Shown: piece after piece, positions 8,569-17,468 of the stretch
Layout of the letters: each line of letters begins with the position of its first letter
Numbering within the stretch: position 1 is the first letter of the stretch
Assembly (NCBI GenBank): GCA_030615165.1
Contig: JAUWZW010000001.1
Span: forward strand, 1-50,686
Reading direction: 5' to 3'
Source of the DNA: Candidatus Aenigmatarchaeota archaeon
GTDB lineage: Archaea; Aenigmatarchaeota; Aenigmatarchaeia; QMZP01
DNA: 50,686 bases
The notes under the pieces: generated by a model
What the model was told of the DNA's origin: nothing
Seen by the model: only the letters and a program-made list of their open reading frames with translations
The model's database searches: none
Program-made: the position numbers and the translations under genes

Positions 8569-9696
8569 TTATTTTTCAAGGAAATCACTAACCGAATCCT
8601 TTGCCTTTTTCCTTGCTTCCTGATGCTTCTCCAGGAAAGCGGTGAGTTTCTCCACAAGTATCTGCTTAAGCTCGCCTGTCAGCATCTTGCCTGATTCATA
8701 ATCCTGCCTTATCTTTGCGAGCTTTTTGTCATCCGGCTCAAACATGTAGAAGAGCATATGATATGGTATGTCAACCTTTGTATTGCCGCCGTGCTTTCTG
8801 TGTTCTTCCACAGAGTTGCCGCCGCCGGAGAAAGCATATTTCATTATCTTCTCCTTTGCAAGTTTTGGAGAATCCGTCAACGCAATGTATGAATACGGAT
8901 CGGATGATGACATCTTGGTATCAATACCCTTGAGTCCAGGCATGAACTTATGATAAGTTGCGCTTGGTAGTATGAATTCATAACCCTTGTCTGTAGAGAA
9001 CCTGGTGGCTATATCCCTTGTCAGCCTCAGGTGTGGGTCCTGGTCTGCTCCAACAGGAACAACAACAGGGGCCCTACCCTCAAACTCGGGAAGCTCTGGG
9101 TGCAGTATATCTGCAACCTGCATCATCACGGACATTATCTTTCCCGGTGAAATCTTACCGTAAACAGCCTTCATTTCATTAAAAGTTATCTTCTGCGCCG
9201 CCATGCCTGCGAGTCTGTAGTAGGCATTGGCCTTTCCCTGGTCTTTTGACCGCTCACTCTGGAAGTAGAAATCACAATTCTTGGGCTTCAGGCCGAGTGC
9301 TATGTAGTTGGTCAGATATTCCTCTATGGCCACCTTGCGCAACTCGGGTAGTGAGGCGAGCCGCATATTGTATGCTTCAATATCAGCAACGCAAAGGTAA
9401 ACCTTTCCCCTATGTTGCTGGTAGTATATTATCTGGTCTGCAACCATCTTGTGGCCCAGATGGAATTTCCCTGAAGGCATGAGACCTGTAAGCATTATAT
9501 AAGGCTTTTCCTGTCTTATGCAATCTGCAATCCTGCCGAAGTCCCTGTGGCCGAATATCACCCCGCGCCGCATATAAACAAGAGGGTCTGGCAGTTTCCT
9601 TGCCATGGGCTCAAAGGGCTCCATGCCGAACTCTTTCTCCAGTTTGTCATAATCCTTAACTACTTCTGAACCCCATGGGTCGATTCTATTCTGCAT
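8569..9696 (-). CDS. trpS: Tryptophan--tRNA ligase (archaeal type)
   Basis: IDPWGS, TGLMPSGKFHLGH, VPVGADQDPH, KMSSS. Confidence 0.96.
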   Translation of the reverse strand: MQNRIDPWGSEVVKDYDKLEKEFGMEPFEPMARKLPDPLVYMRRGVIFGHRDFGRIADCIRQEKPYIMLTGLMPSGKFHLGHKMVADQIIYYQQHRGKVYLCVADIEAYNMRLASLPELRKVAIEEYLTNYIALGLKPKNCDFYFQSERSKDQGKANAYYRLAGMAAQKITFNEMKAVYGKISPGKIMSVMMQVADILHPELPEFEGRAPVVVPVGADQDPHLRLTRDIATRFSTDKGYEFILPSATYHKFMPGLKGIDTKMSSSDPYSYIALTDSPKLAKEKIMKYAFSGGGNSVEEHRKHGGNTKVDIPYHMLFYMFEPDDKKLAKIRQDYESGKMLTGELKQILVEKLTAFLEKHQEARKKAKDSVSDFLEK

Positions 9697-9697
9697 G

Positions 9698-10393
9698 TTA
9701 ATCTTTTGCCTCCGCGTATTTATTAGATTTATTTTTTTCCAATTTGTTTACAGTTATTTCAGCAAAAAATTTAATTGTATCTATCTTGGGTATTTCTATA
9801 TTTTTTAGCATTAAGGAAAGTTCTGTGCATCCCAAAATGATAATACGACTTCCTGCCTTCAGGTATTTTTCAGAAATATTCTTTACTGTTTGTATTTGTT
9901 TCCTTTTACCGATTCCCCTGTTAAAATTAAATATTGCATTGGTTAATTGTTTCATTTCTTCATTGTTTATATCTATTGACCTGATTCCTTCAAATCTGTA
10001 AAGTCCCTTTCTGATTGTGTTTGGTGTTCCCAGAACAGTAAATGATTTTATATTTTTTCTGATTAACAGCTTTTTCATCTCCTTTCTCAAATCCAGAATT
10101 TCTGTATTTATTTCCTTCTGTAGTCTCTCATGGAACAAATGGATTGTGTTGCATACCATCACAATAAAGTCCACATCAAAACTATCCAGTTCTTTTAGTC
10201 CTTTTATATATGGTTTTAAATTTCTCTCAGAAATGTTGTCATAAATTAATTCAGGTGCAGGTATGCTGTTTATTATTATCTGTGGGAAATCCGGATTCCT
10301 TTTAATCCCTCTTTGCTGGATTATATTGATAAGAATGCTGTAAAATTCCCTTGTTGATTCAGGACCAATTCCGCCTAAGACACCTATTTTCAT
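9698..10393 (-). CDS. Aspartate/glutamate racemase family protein
   Basis: IGVLGGIGPEST, VCNTIH and LGCTEL (both catalytic Cys); AT-rich. Confidence 0.9.
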   Translation of the reverse strand: MKIGVLGGIGPESTREFYSILINIIQQRGIKRNPDFPQIIINSIPAPELIYDNISERNLKPYIKGLKELDSFDVDFIVMVCNTIHLFHERLQKEINTEILDLRKEMKKLLIRKNIKSFTVLGTPNTIRKGLYRFEGIRSIDINNEEMKQLTNAIFNFNRGIGKRKQIQTVKNISEKYLKAGSRIIILGCTELSLMLKNIEIPKIDTIKFFAEITVNKLEKNKSNKYAEAKD

Positions 10394-11259
10394 ATTATCA
10401 AATCCGGATATTTTAACTGAACAGGTTCTACTATATTTTCAAAAACAAGCTTTACTGTTTTTCTTTTCAATCTCTTTCCGTACAGTGATTCTATTTCTTC
10501 CAAATCCAAATATGAGTTGCCAAGAATAATGCCTGCTAATGAACCAAGTCTGCAGAAATATCTGTCTGCTTCTTCAGGGCCTATAAGCAGCTTTGATTTT
10601 ACTGTATTTTTTGAATCAGAAAGGAAGATTCTCTGTCCGCTTCCCCTGCTATGAGGAGAGTAAGGAATAACTGTTTCAGGTTCTTTGGTACCAAGCGTAT
10701 AGCATGGCCTAAGATATGCAAATTTCATATCAAAACCAAGCCCTTCCATTATCCTGTCATAAGCCCTTTCCTTTCCGGGCCCTATCTTGAATCCGAATCC
10801 TCTTTCGGAAAGGTATTTTACACATGCAAGCTCATTTAATGGATACTTAATGCCTTTTTCTCTATGTTTCTCGGGAACTGTCTCAAGCAGCATCTCTTTT
10901 GTTTTTTTATCCAAACTTACCACTACTTCTCCGAAAACTTCCAAATATTCATCAGAATCCATAAACCGGGAACAAAAAAACCTAGGGCAAGGACCATATA
11001 CCATGTCCAAAAGATGAAGGTGTAATTCTAATTCTGTGCGGGCATCAGACATATCATATTCATTGTACCCGTTAATCTTTAGGAATTCATCAGCTATTAA
11101 CAACTGGAAATCATCGAATACATTTCCTAAAAGATGAATACCAACCACGTCTATTGGAACTTCAGAGCTGGGTATGATACCCAAAAAAGATTTTTCTTTT
11201 TCGATTCCATCATATTGTTCACTCATCAGATAATCGGATTTGCTTGTCATTTTTTTCAT
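10390..11259 (-). CDS. Hypothetical protein resembling cyclodipeptide synthases / degenerate class Ic aaRS
   Basis: LGIIPSS, QLLIAD, CSRFMDSDEY, YPLNELACVKYLSERGF..IGPG; start may be 11226. Confidence 0.45.
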   Translation of the reverse strand: MKKMTSKSDYLMSEQYDGIEKEKSFLGIIPSSEVPIDVVGIHLLGNVFDDFQLLIADEFLKINGYNEYDMSDARTELELHLHLLDMVYGPCPRFFCSRFMDSDEYLEVFGEVVVSLDKKTKEMLLETVPEKHREKGIKYPLNELACVKYLSERGFGFKIGPGKERAYDRIMEGLGFDMKFAYLRPCYTLGTKEPETVIPYSPHSRGSGQRIFLSDSKNTVKSKLLIGPEEADRYFCRLGSLAGIILGNSYLDLEEIESLYGKRLKRKTVKLVFENIVEPVQLKYPDLII

Positions 11260-11597
11260 CTCCTTCTATATTTTCAGAAATTATTTTTCCCGCCTCTGTC
11301 AGCCTCAGGATATGCCCCTTTTCTCCTTCAATCAGCCCGCACCTTTTGAGGGAATTCAGGTTGTTGAACAGGCATGAACGCGAACAGGAAATCTCTTTAG
11401 AAAGATTTCTGACTAGAGCCGAACTTGTCTCTTTGCTGGTTAAAAGCCTTTTCAGAATGAGTCTCTGCTTATATGTAAGTCTTTCTCTGGCAAATTCAAT
11501 TAAAACTGAGCCAGAGATTTTTTATAGAATTAGAACTGGACAAATGCTTCTTTTCTATTTCTTTTCTGTCCAGTTTGACGGCATCACCATTCACCAA
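11219..11597 (-). pseudogene. Winged-HTH regulator with a frameshift at an A6 tract (missed by the ORF track)
   Basis: Hand translation: VNGDAVKLDRKEIEKKHLSSSNSIK, then +1 shift to ISGSVLIEFARERLTYKQRLILKRLL...SRSCLFNNLNSLKRCGLIEGEKGHILRLTEAGKII. Confidence 0.65.
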
Positions 11598-11651
11598 ATA
11601 AGTATTTTACAAGGGTATATATAAAACTTGTGTACAGGAAATGTTGGAATA

Positions 11652-12728
11652 TTATCTCGTTACTTTCTGCTTCCTGACAAATTCGTACAGCTTCCTTGCT
11701 TTTGCATTCTTCTCGAAGTGGTTGCGTACGGGTTTGACCATCTTGTTGATGTAGGTTACAACACCATTCTTCAGGTCTGCGGGATGGAGTTCGCCCTTCC
11801 TGAAAACATTTTCAAGCTCTTCATAGCTGTTGAAAGAAATCGAGCCGCCGAACTTGGCATGCCTGTCTATGGTTATTTCCCCGAACTTCTCAAAAATCAT
11901 GTATTTGCAGTATTCCAGAACCGGGTTCATATGAACCTGCTTTTCCGGGCAGTATGCCTTTGCTATTTTTCTTTTTATCTCATCTTTGGAATCATCCATG
12001 AAGATTGCAGAATCAGGCTTTGATTTCGACATCTTTATGTCAAGCAGTATGTCCGCAGGGTCCTTTGATGTTATTGCGGGTTTTGAAAGCCCGAGAATCA
12101 TATGGTGAGAAACAACAACAGGCTTCCAGAACCCTATCTTTGGCCCAATCTCCCTTGCAAGAACATTAACCTTCCTCTGGTCCATTCCTAGTTGGGTGAT
12201 GTCGCACTTCAGATGGAATATATCAGCTGCCTGCATGCAGGGATATATTATCTGGGCTGCGCTCAGGCTTTCCCCGGATTTCCTCCCCATTATCTGGGAG
12301 CACCTTGTTATTCTTTTGACTGTTGCATGCCTTGCTATGTCGATTGTTGTCTTCCAGTGGTCTTCCTTTGTTACAACATCCTTTGCCCATATGAAATCAA
12401 TTTTCTCGGTCTCCATTCCGCAGGCCTTCCACACCTCTATCAGATATCTCCCTGTGGTTCTTATTTTTTCCAGGTCCCCGTCCATCTTGTTGTTCATCCA
12501 GGCAAACCAGTCTGCAACCCACATCTTGAATCTCACTCCAGCCCTTATCATCTTGTTAACATTAATGGTTCTCAGGATTCCCTGGGCTATGTGCATCCTG
12601 CCTGAAGGCTCAAACCCGTCATAAGCTATGGGATGTTCTTTTGTTTCCAGAAGCTTCCTCAGTTCATGCTCTGTTATTATCTCCTCCCCAACCTCCCTTA
12701 TCAAATCCATTCTTTTCTCTATGCCCAT
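11652..12728 (-). CDS. tyrS: Tyrosine--tRNA ligase (archaeal/eukaryotic type)
   Basis: AYDGFEPSGRMHIAQ, YPCMQAADIF, GMDQRK, KMSKS. Confidence 0.96.
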   Translation of the reverse strand: MGIEKRMDLIREVGEEIITEHELRKLLETKEHPIAYDGFEPSGRMHIAQGILRTINVNKMIRAGVRFKMWVADWFAWMNNKMDGDLEKIRTTGRYLIEVWKACGMETEKIDFIWAKDVVTKEDHWKTTIDIARHATVKRITRCSQIMGRKSGESLSAAQIIYPCMQAADIFHLKCDITQLGMDQRKVNVLAREIGPKIGFWKPVVVSHHMILGLSKPAITSKDPADILLDIKMSKSKPDSAIFMDDSKDEIKRKIAKAYCPEKQVHMNPVLEYCKYMIFEKFGEITIDRHAKFGGSISFNSYEELENVFRKGELHPADLKNGVVTYINKMVKPVRNHFEKNAKARKLYEFVRKQKVTR

Positions 12729-12777
12729 ATCAATCTTTTTGCTTTGCTAATTTAAATTTAGAAAGCAAAAAATAACC

Positions 12778-13494
12778 ATGAGGGAAATAAACCTCCCGGA
12801 GCCCCTGGGCTCCCTGATGAGGGGGATTGAGCCCAAGGCGGTCACAAATTTTTATGGAGCGCCTGGGACTGGTAAAACCAACCTCTGCCTGCTGGCTGCA
12901 TCGGATTGCGCAAGGAAGGGTGGCAGGGTTGTTTTCATAGACACGGAGGGAGGGTTCTCTCTGGAAAGGCTGAGGCAGGTCGCACCGAACGATTATGAAC
13001 AAATCCTGAAAAGCATAGAACTTGTTGAACCGAAAACCCTAAAAGAACAAACAAATGTTATAAGAAGGCTCGCTGAAAGAAAGCCTGACCTCGTAGTCCT
13101 TGATTCATCCGTAGCCTTGTACAGGGTGGAATGCGCAGAGGTAAAGGAAGTCCCAGATGGCAAAAGGAAAAAGCCAGAAAATGGTGCTGTCATGGCAGCA
13201 AACAGGGAGCTTTCCAAGCAGCTTTCTGTCCTTTCCGCTTTGGCAAGGGAGAGAAATATACCTGTCATAATAACTACCCATGCCTTCAGGTCCTGGGGTA
13301 ACGGCTCTTATGATGTTGTGGGCGGGGATGCCATAAGATACTGGTCCAAGGCGATTATTTACCTTGAGAAAACAGGCAAGACATCCGAAAGAAAAGCCAC
13401 AGTTATCAAGCATCGTTCCCTGCCCGAGGGCGGCTCGGTTAAGTTCATGCTCGTGCAGGACGGGATAAAACCGAGCGGATTCAAGATATTCTGA
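12778..13494 (+). CDS. radB: DNA repair and recombination protein RadB
   Basis: Walker A GAPGTGKT, FIDTEGGFS, C-terminal KHRS motif, no N-terminal domain. Confidence 0.92.
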   Translation: MREINLPEPLGSLMRGIEPKAVTNFYGAPGTGKTNLCLLAASDCARKGGRVVFIDTEGGFSLERLRQVAPNDYEQILKSIELVEPKTLKEQTNVIRRLAERKPDLVVLDSSVALYRVECAEVKEVPDGKRKKPENGAVMAANRELSKQLSVLSALARERNIPVIITTHAFRSWGNGSYDVVGGDAIRYWSKAIIYLEKTGKTSERKATVIKHRSLPEGGSVKFMLVQDGIKPSGFKIF

Positions 13495-13501
13495 GTTTAG
13501 T

Positions 13502-14362
13502 ATGATTAAACAAGAAGATATCGTCAGATTATATAAACAAACTGTTATTCAAATTCCCCCATATATAGAGGAAGAATTAAGACAAGGTTTGCAAAGGGAA
13601 GAATATGGTTCTCTAGCGTACAAAGCTCTTGAAAAATGTTTGGAAAACATCAGAATAGCAAAAGAAGAAGAAATGCCGACATGTCAAGACACAGGAATTC
13701 CCAAATTTCTTATAAAGTTACCAAAAGATTATCCCCCATTTGATATTAAAAATATCATTTTGGATGCTATTCCGATAGCAACAGAAGAAGCATATGCAAG
13801 ACAAAGTGGGGTTGATTCTTTAACTGGTGAACAAACAGGAAATGCGGGAATTACAACATTTTATTTTGATGAGTGGGAGAGAGAATATCCTCAGATATCT
13901 TTATTATTGAAAGGTGGCGGTTCTGAAAATGCAGGAGTATTATTCTCTTTGCCTGACTCTAAAATTGATGCAGAAAGGGATACTAATGGAATTAAGAAAT
14001 GTGTAGACTATGTTATAAAAAATAAAGTCGTTAACGCTTGTCCACCTGTTATTTTAACTGTTGGTATCGGTGGAACCAAGGATAAAGCAATTGAAGTAGC
14101 ACAGAGATTATTATTTAGACCTTGGGGAAAAAGAAATCATGATAGTCAGCTAAGGGATTTAGAAAAAGAATTATATGACTTAGGAAATGCTTCTGGGATT
14201 GGACCACAAGGTTTTGGAGGAAAAACTACTGTGTTAGATGTAAGGGTTGATAAATTATCAAGACATATAGCAACCTTCTTTGTCGATGTCTCTGTAAATT
14301 GCTGGGCTTATAGAATGGGGAATTTAAATTATGGAAATGGAAGAGCAGATTTCTTTTGGTAA
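13502..14362 (+). CDS. Fe-S class I fumarate hydratase / tartrate dehydratase, alpha-type subunit
   Basis: CQDTG, KGGGSEN, ACPP, GIGPQGFGG, CWA.R motifs. Confidence 0.9.
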   Translation: MIKQEDIVRLYKQTVIQIPPYIEEELRQGLQREEYGSLAYKALEKCLENIRIAKEEEMPTCQDTGIPKFLIKLPKDYPPFDIKNIILDAIPIATEEAYARQSGVDSLTGEQTGNAGITTFYFDEWEREYPQISLLLKGGGSENAGVLFSLPDSKIDAERDTNGIKKCVDYVIKNKVVNACPPVILTVGIGGTKDKAIEVAQRLLFRPWGKRNHDSQLRDLEKELYDLGNASGIGPQGFGGKTTVLDVRVDKLSRHIATFFVDVSVNCWAYRMGNLNYGNGRADFFW

Positions 14363-14381
14363 TCATGAAATATAGAATCTC

Positions 14382-14954
14382 TCAATATGGCGGCTTCTCC
14401 TCGCTGAAAATATTCGACCTGAATTTGTATATTTTGCATGCGCCTGTCTTCCATTCATCAGGCGGGAGCCCTGCCTTTGCGCATGTCTGCATGAGGAAAT
14501 CCTCCGGGGTCCAGCCCCATTCTTTTGCCACCTGGGGGAGAAGCAGACCTGATATGGGACCCTTCCTTACAATCAGTCCGTCCTTGCCTATAACAATGTT
14601 GTCAGTATATTCACTCGGGTTTTCAACATTTATCTCAACAGGGTTTGTAAGGATTGAGACCTCTATTATTATTTTTGGGAGCTCTGTCCTCTTCAGACGC
14701 GGGAACCTTGGGTCACGTGTTGCTGATATCGCAACAGAAACAAGGGCATCTATAAGCGGCATGACCGGTTCAGGATAACCTATGCAGCCGCGCAATTCCT
14801 TTTTCGGATATGTGTGTATTGAAACAAAAACACCATGATTATCTCCAAAGGATTCGGGGTATTCCTTTATACTGGCCTTCTTTTCCTTGCGCACCCATTT
14901 CTCAATAACCTCTCGAGCTGTGCGCAGCGCGAACTGGCCTTCTTCTGGGGTCAT
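14382..14954 (-). CDS. AMMECR1 family protein
   Basis: LRGCIG, DPRF, EVSIL, GLLLPQV, CAKAG; start placed at ATG 14954. Confidence 0.92.
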   Translation of the reverse strand: MTPEEGQFALRTAREVIEKWVRKEKKASIKEYPESFGDNHGVFVSIHTYPKKELRGCIGYPEPVMPLIDALVSVAISATRDPRFPRLKRTELPKIIIEVSILTNPVEINVENPSEYTDNIVIGKDGLIVRKGPISGLLLPQVAKEWGWTPEDFLMQTCAKAGLPPDEWKTGACKIYKFRSNIFSEEKPPY

Positions 14955-14961
14955 GAAACCT

Positions 14962-15007
14962 TCGCCTTGTGAACTTGACGGAGACTGGCTATTGCCAGTC
15001 AAACTCC
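14962..15007 (-). ncRNA. Candidate structured leader motif, copy 2 (AMMECR1 5' UTR)
   Basis: GGAGTTT-[GACTGGC aata GCCAGTC]-TCCG-TCAA-GTTCACAAGGCGA, 7 nt before ATG. Confidence 0.6.
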
Positions 15008-15050
15008 TTATGTCTTTATAAATTTTATTCTTAATTAATTAAAGATTGGG

Positions 15051-16031
15051 ATGTTCAGGGATAAAGACAATAGACATGTTGTATCCATACGCGATTTCTT
15101 GAAGGAAGACCTTTTTGATTTTCTTGGAACAACAGGGGTAATAAAGACTAAACAGGGAACATATAAAGAAACCCTTACAGGGAAAAAGATGGCACGCCTT
15201 TTCTATTCCGACAGCACACGGACTTATGAAACCTTTGGAGAGGCCATGAGAAGACTGGGCGGAGAGGCATCCCTAGGTTTCAGAAACATACAGGGAACGT
15301 CCGTCAAAAAAGGCGAAAGCCTAAAATCCACTATACACATGTATGAAAGATACGGGGCTGATGTTATAGTGATGAGGCATCCAAAAGATGGCTCAGCTAA
15401 ATACGCCACAGATGTTGCTAAAAAGGCATGGATTATAAATGGGGGGGATGGTAACAATGAGCATCCAACACAGAACTTGATGGACATATACACCATTCAA
15501 GAAAAGCAATGCAGGTTGGATGACCTAACGATTCTCTTTTTCGGGGACCTGAGATATGGTAGAACCACAAGGCTGGTTTATCCCATGTCTCTATTCGAAG
15601 GCAATAAATTTATATTCCTTTCACATCCTGTTGTGTCCATGCCAAACTATATAAAGGATTTTCTCAAGGAGAACGGAACGCAGTTCGAGGAGTTTTCAGA
15701 CCCTAAAATGTTTCCCGAACTTATCAATAATTGCAATATTGCATACGGCTCAAGAAATCAAGAGGAGAGATGGGCCATAGAGGGCACAACTGAAGGGGAC
15801 GAGATAAGAAGGGAGGTTAGGAATTGTGTTGTTTTGACAAAGGGTATTATTAACAGGGCTGAACCAAAGGATAATTTCATTGTAATGCATCCACTGCCAA
15901 AGGATGGGAAATACCCATGTATAACAGATGATGTTGAGGAAACTCCATATTGCTGGTATGAACAGCAGGCAGAGAATGGGGTTTATGCTAGGATGGGCAT
16001 TTTATACTCTCAGTTCGGGGTTGAGTGGTGA
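15051..16031 (+). CDS. pyrB: Aspartate carbamoyltransferase catalytic subunit
   Basis: STRT, KGES, NGGDG..EHPTQ, GDLRYGRT, HPLP. Confidence 0.93.
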   Translation: MFRDKDNRHVVSIRDFLKEDLFDFLGTTGVIKTKQGTYKETLTGKKMARLFYSDSTRTYETFGEAMRRLGGEASLGFRNIQGTSVKKGESLKSTIHMYERYGADVIVMRHPKDGSAKYATDVAKKAWIINGGDGNNEHPTQNLMDIYTIQEKQCRLDDLTILFFGDLRYGRTTRLVYPMSLFEGNKFIFLSHPVVSMPNYIKDFLKENGTQFEEFSDPKMFPELINNCNIAYGSRNQEERWAIEGTTEGDEIRREVRNCVVLTKGIINRAEPKDNFIVMHPLPKDGKYPCITDDVEETPYCWYEQQAENGVYARMGILYSQFGVEW

Positions 16032-16035
16032 TTTG

Positions 16036-16503
16036 ATGGCTAAAAAGGCTATTAGGGATATTGAAACAGGGATGGTTTTTGACCATATAAAGCCCGGATA
16101 CGGAACAAGGATTTCCGATGTGTTGAAAAGAAGGCTTTGGTCTGAAAAGAGATGCCCTGTCTATACGGGGGAGGGTGTGAAAAGCTCTGCCATGGGTGAA
16201 AAGGATTTTGTGAAGCTTGACGGCCCACATCTGGAACCTGGTAGTGATACATTAAGTGAAATTGCGTTAATCCAGCCTGATATAACCGTTAACTGGATTA
16301 AGAAAGGGGAGAGAACTGGCAAAAAACCAGCAAGAGAATGTATCGGGGATATTATTCATACGGATTTGATTGGCTGTGGAAATACAAATTGTATAGCAAA
16401 TGATGAGGCACCTGGAATATATGAAGTTTTGGATAAGGACAGTTTAAGGGTTAGATGCCATTATTGCGAAAGGGTTTTTGAAGCAAAGTATAATGGGAAG
16501 TAG
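16036..16503 (+). CDS. pyrI: Aspartate carbamoyltransferase regulatory subunit
   Basis: I..G.VFDHI, S..MGEKD, C.N.NCI and CHYCE Zn site; GGTGA SD before ATG 16036. Confidence 0.88.
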   Translation: MAKKAIRDIETGMVFDHIKPGYGTRISDVLKRRLWSEKRCPVYTGEGVKSSAMGEKDFVKLDGPHLEPGSDTLSEIALIQPDITVNWIKKGERTGKKPARECIGDIIHTDLIGCGNTNCIANDEAPGIYEVLDKDSLRVRCHYCERVFEAKYNGK

Positions 16504-16504
16504 G

Positions 16505-17389
16505 TCATTCCGGTAATCTTATGTTTCCTGCCTTGTAAGCAGTGCATGATTCTATTACATTCCTTGGATTTGTGTACAGCTTATCCCTCAGCTGTTCTTC
16601 GGTCAGCACAGCATCTTCAACCAGACCTTTGCATGACCATAGATAATTGTCCCAGTCAGCTATGCCAGTTACTTTGGGCTTCGGTTCGGGTGCATAGTCG
16701 CTGGCTATGATTTCTATTGCGCCGTCCGCAAGGGCTTCCCTTATAGCTTCCCTGTCTTCAGCATCCCCTACAGACGGATTTACAGGGACGCGCATAGTGT
16801 CCCTTATCCACTTGAAGTAATGTGGACATGTTTCAGCAGTAACGAGTGTCCCTTCAGTCTTGGCATACCTTATCATACCAACGCTTGCCTTCCTGCTGAC
16901 ATGCTGTATATAGAGTTTGCCACCTACATCACGGTTCAGTTCCAGATACTTTTCAACCCATTTGCTCTCTGTAGTATCCCTCGGCCACACATCATGTCGT
17001 GAATCCTCCCCGCAGTGCAGCATAACCCAAACCCTTTCTCCATTAACCTCTGTTTCAAGGATGTCTCTGAGAATCTTCATGTCCTTTAGGCAGTTTCCGT
17101 CGTCAGTGAAGCCCACAACATATGGCGCAATTTTTTCCACATCAACAAGTTTCTTTCCTTCCCTGCCAACTGTTATCGCGCTCATGGGAGCAAATGGTAT
17201 TGCAGAATCCTGGGCCGCGTATTTCCTTATAGCATCAACATTATCCAAACATGGGGTTACATTCGGCATTGCCACAACAAAGCTTATACCACCTTTCTTT
17301 GCTATTTCTGTGTGGTATGCCACCTTGCCCCTGATATGCGCATGCGTGTCTATTACCGGGACATTATTGCCACATAAATAAATCGTCAT
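16505..17389 (-). CDS. pyrC: Dihydroorotase (short, divergent)
   Basis: DTHAHIR, AMPN, GFTDDG, HVS, ETCPHY, ASDYAP; start inferred. Confidence 0.8.
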   Translation of the reverse strand: MTIYLCGNNVPVIDTHAHIRGKVAYHTEIAKKGGISFVVAMPNVTPCLDNVDAIRKYAAQDSAIPFAPMSAITVGREGKKLVDVEKIAPYVVGFTDDGNCLKDMKILRDILETEVNGERVWVMLHCGEDSRHDVWPRDTTESKWVEKYLELNRDVGGKLYIQHVSRKASVGMIRYAKTEGTLVTAETCPHYFKWIRDTMRVPVNPSVGDAEDREAIREALADGAIEIIASDYAPEPKPKVTGIADWDNYLWSCKGLVEDAVLTEEQLRDKLYTNPRNVIESCTAYKAGNIRLPE

Positions 17390-17468
17390 AATATCTTTTT
17401 TATGTTTGACAATAAGTTTTTTAAGCACTTGGTCTAATCTTTTATCTCCATTAGGCAAAGTGATAACT

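Noticed and set aside
8047..8623. ORFs 8047-8334, 8359-8568 and 8363-8623
   Set aside because: Fully explained by intron-containing tRNA-His and tRNA-Leu.
11534..11575. Hairpin as an mRNA BHB intron that would repair the wHTH gene
   Set aside because: Flanks (GCCG versus CTAA) do not form the 4-bp helix, and removal would not clear the downstream TAA.
11244..11624. Plus-strand 126-aa ORF
   Set aside because: Antisense shadow of the minus-strand wHTH frame.
15300..15316. TCCG...AGGCGA inside pyrB, and GGCGA before ATG near 27346 and 30703-30713
   Set aside because: Wrong spacing or no preceding hairpin and no RWTYRYRA; not counted as motif copies.
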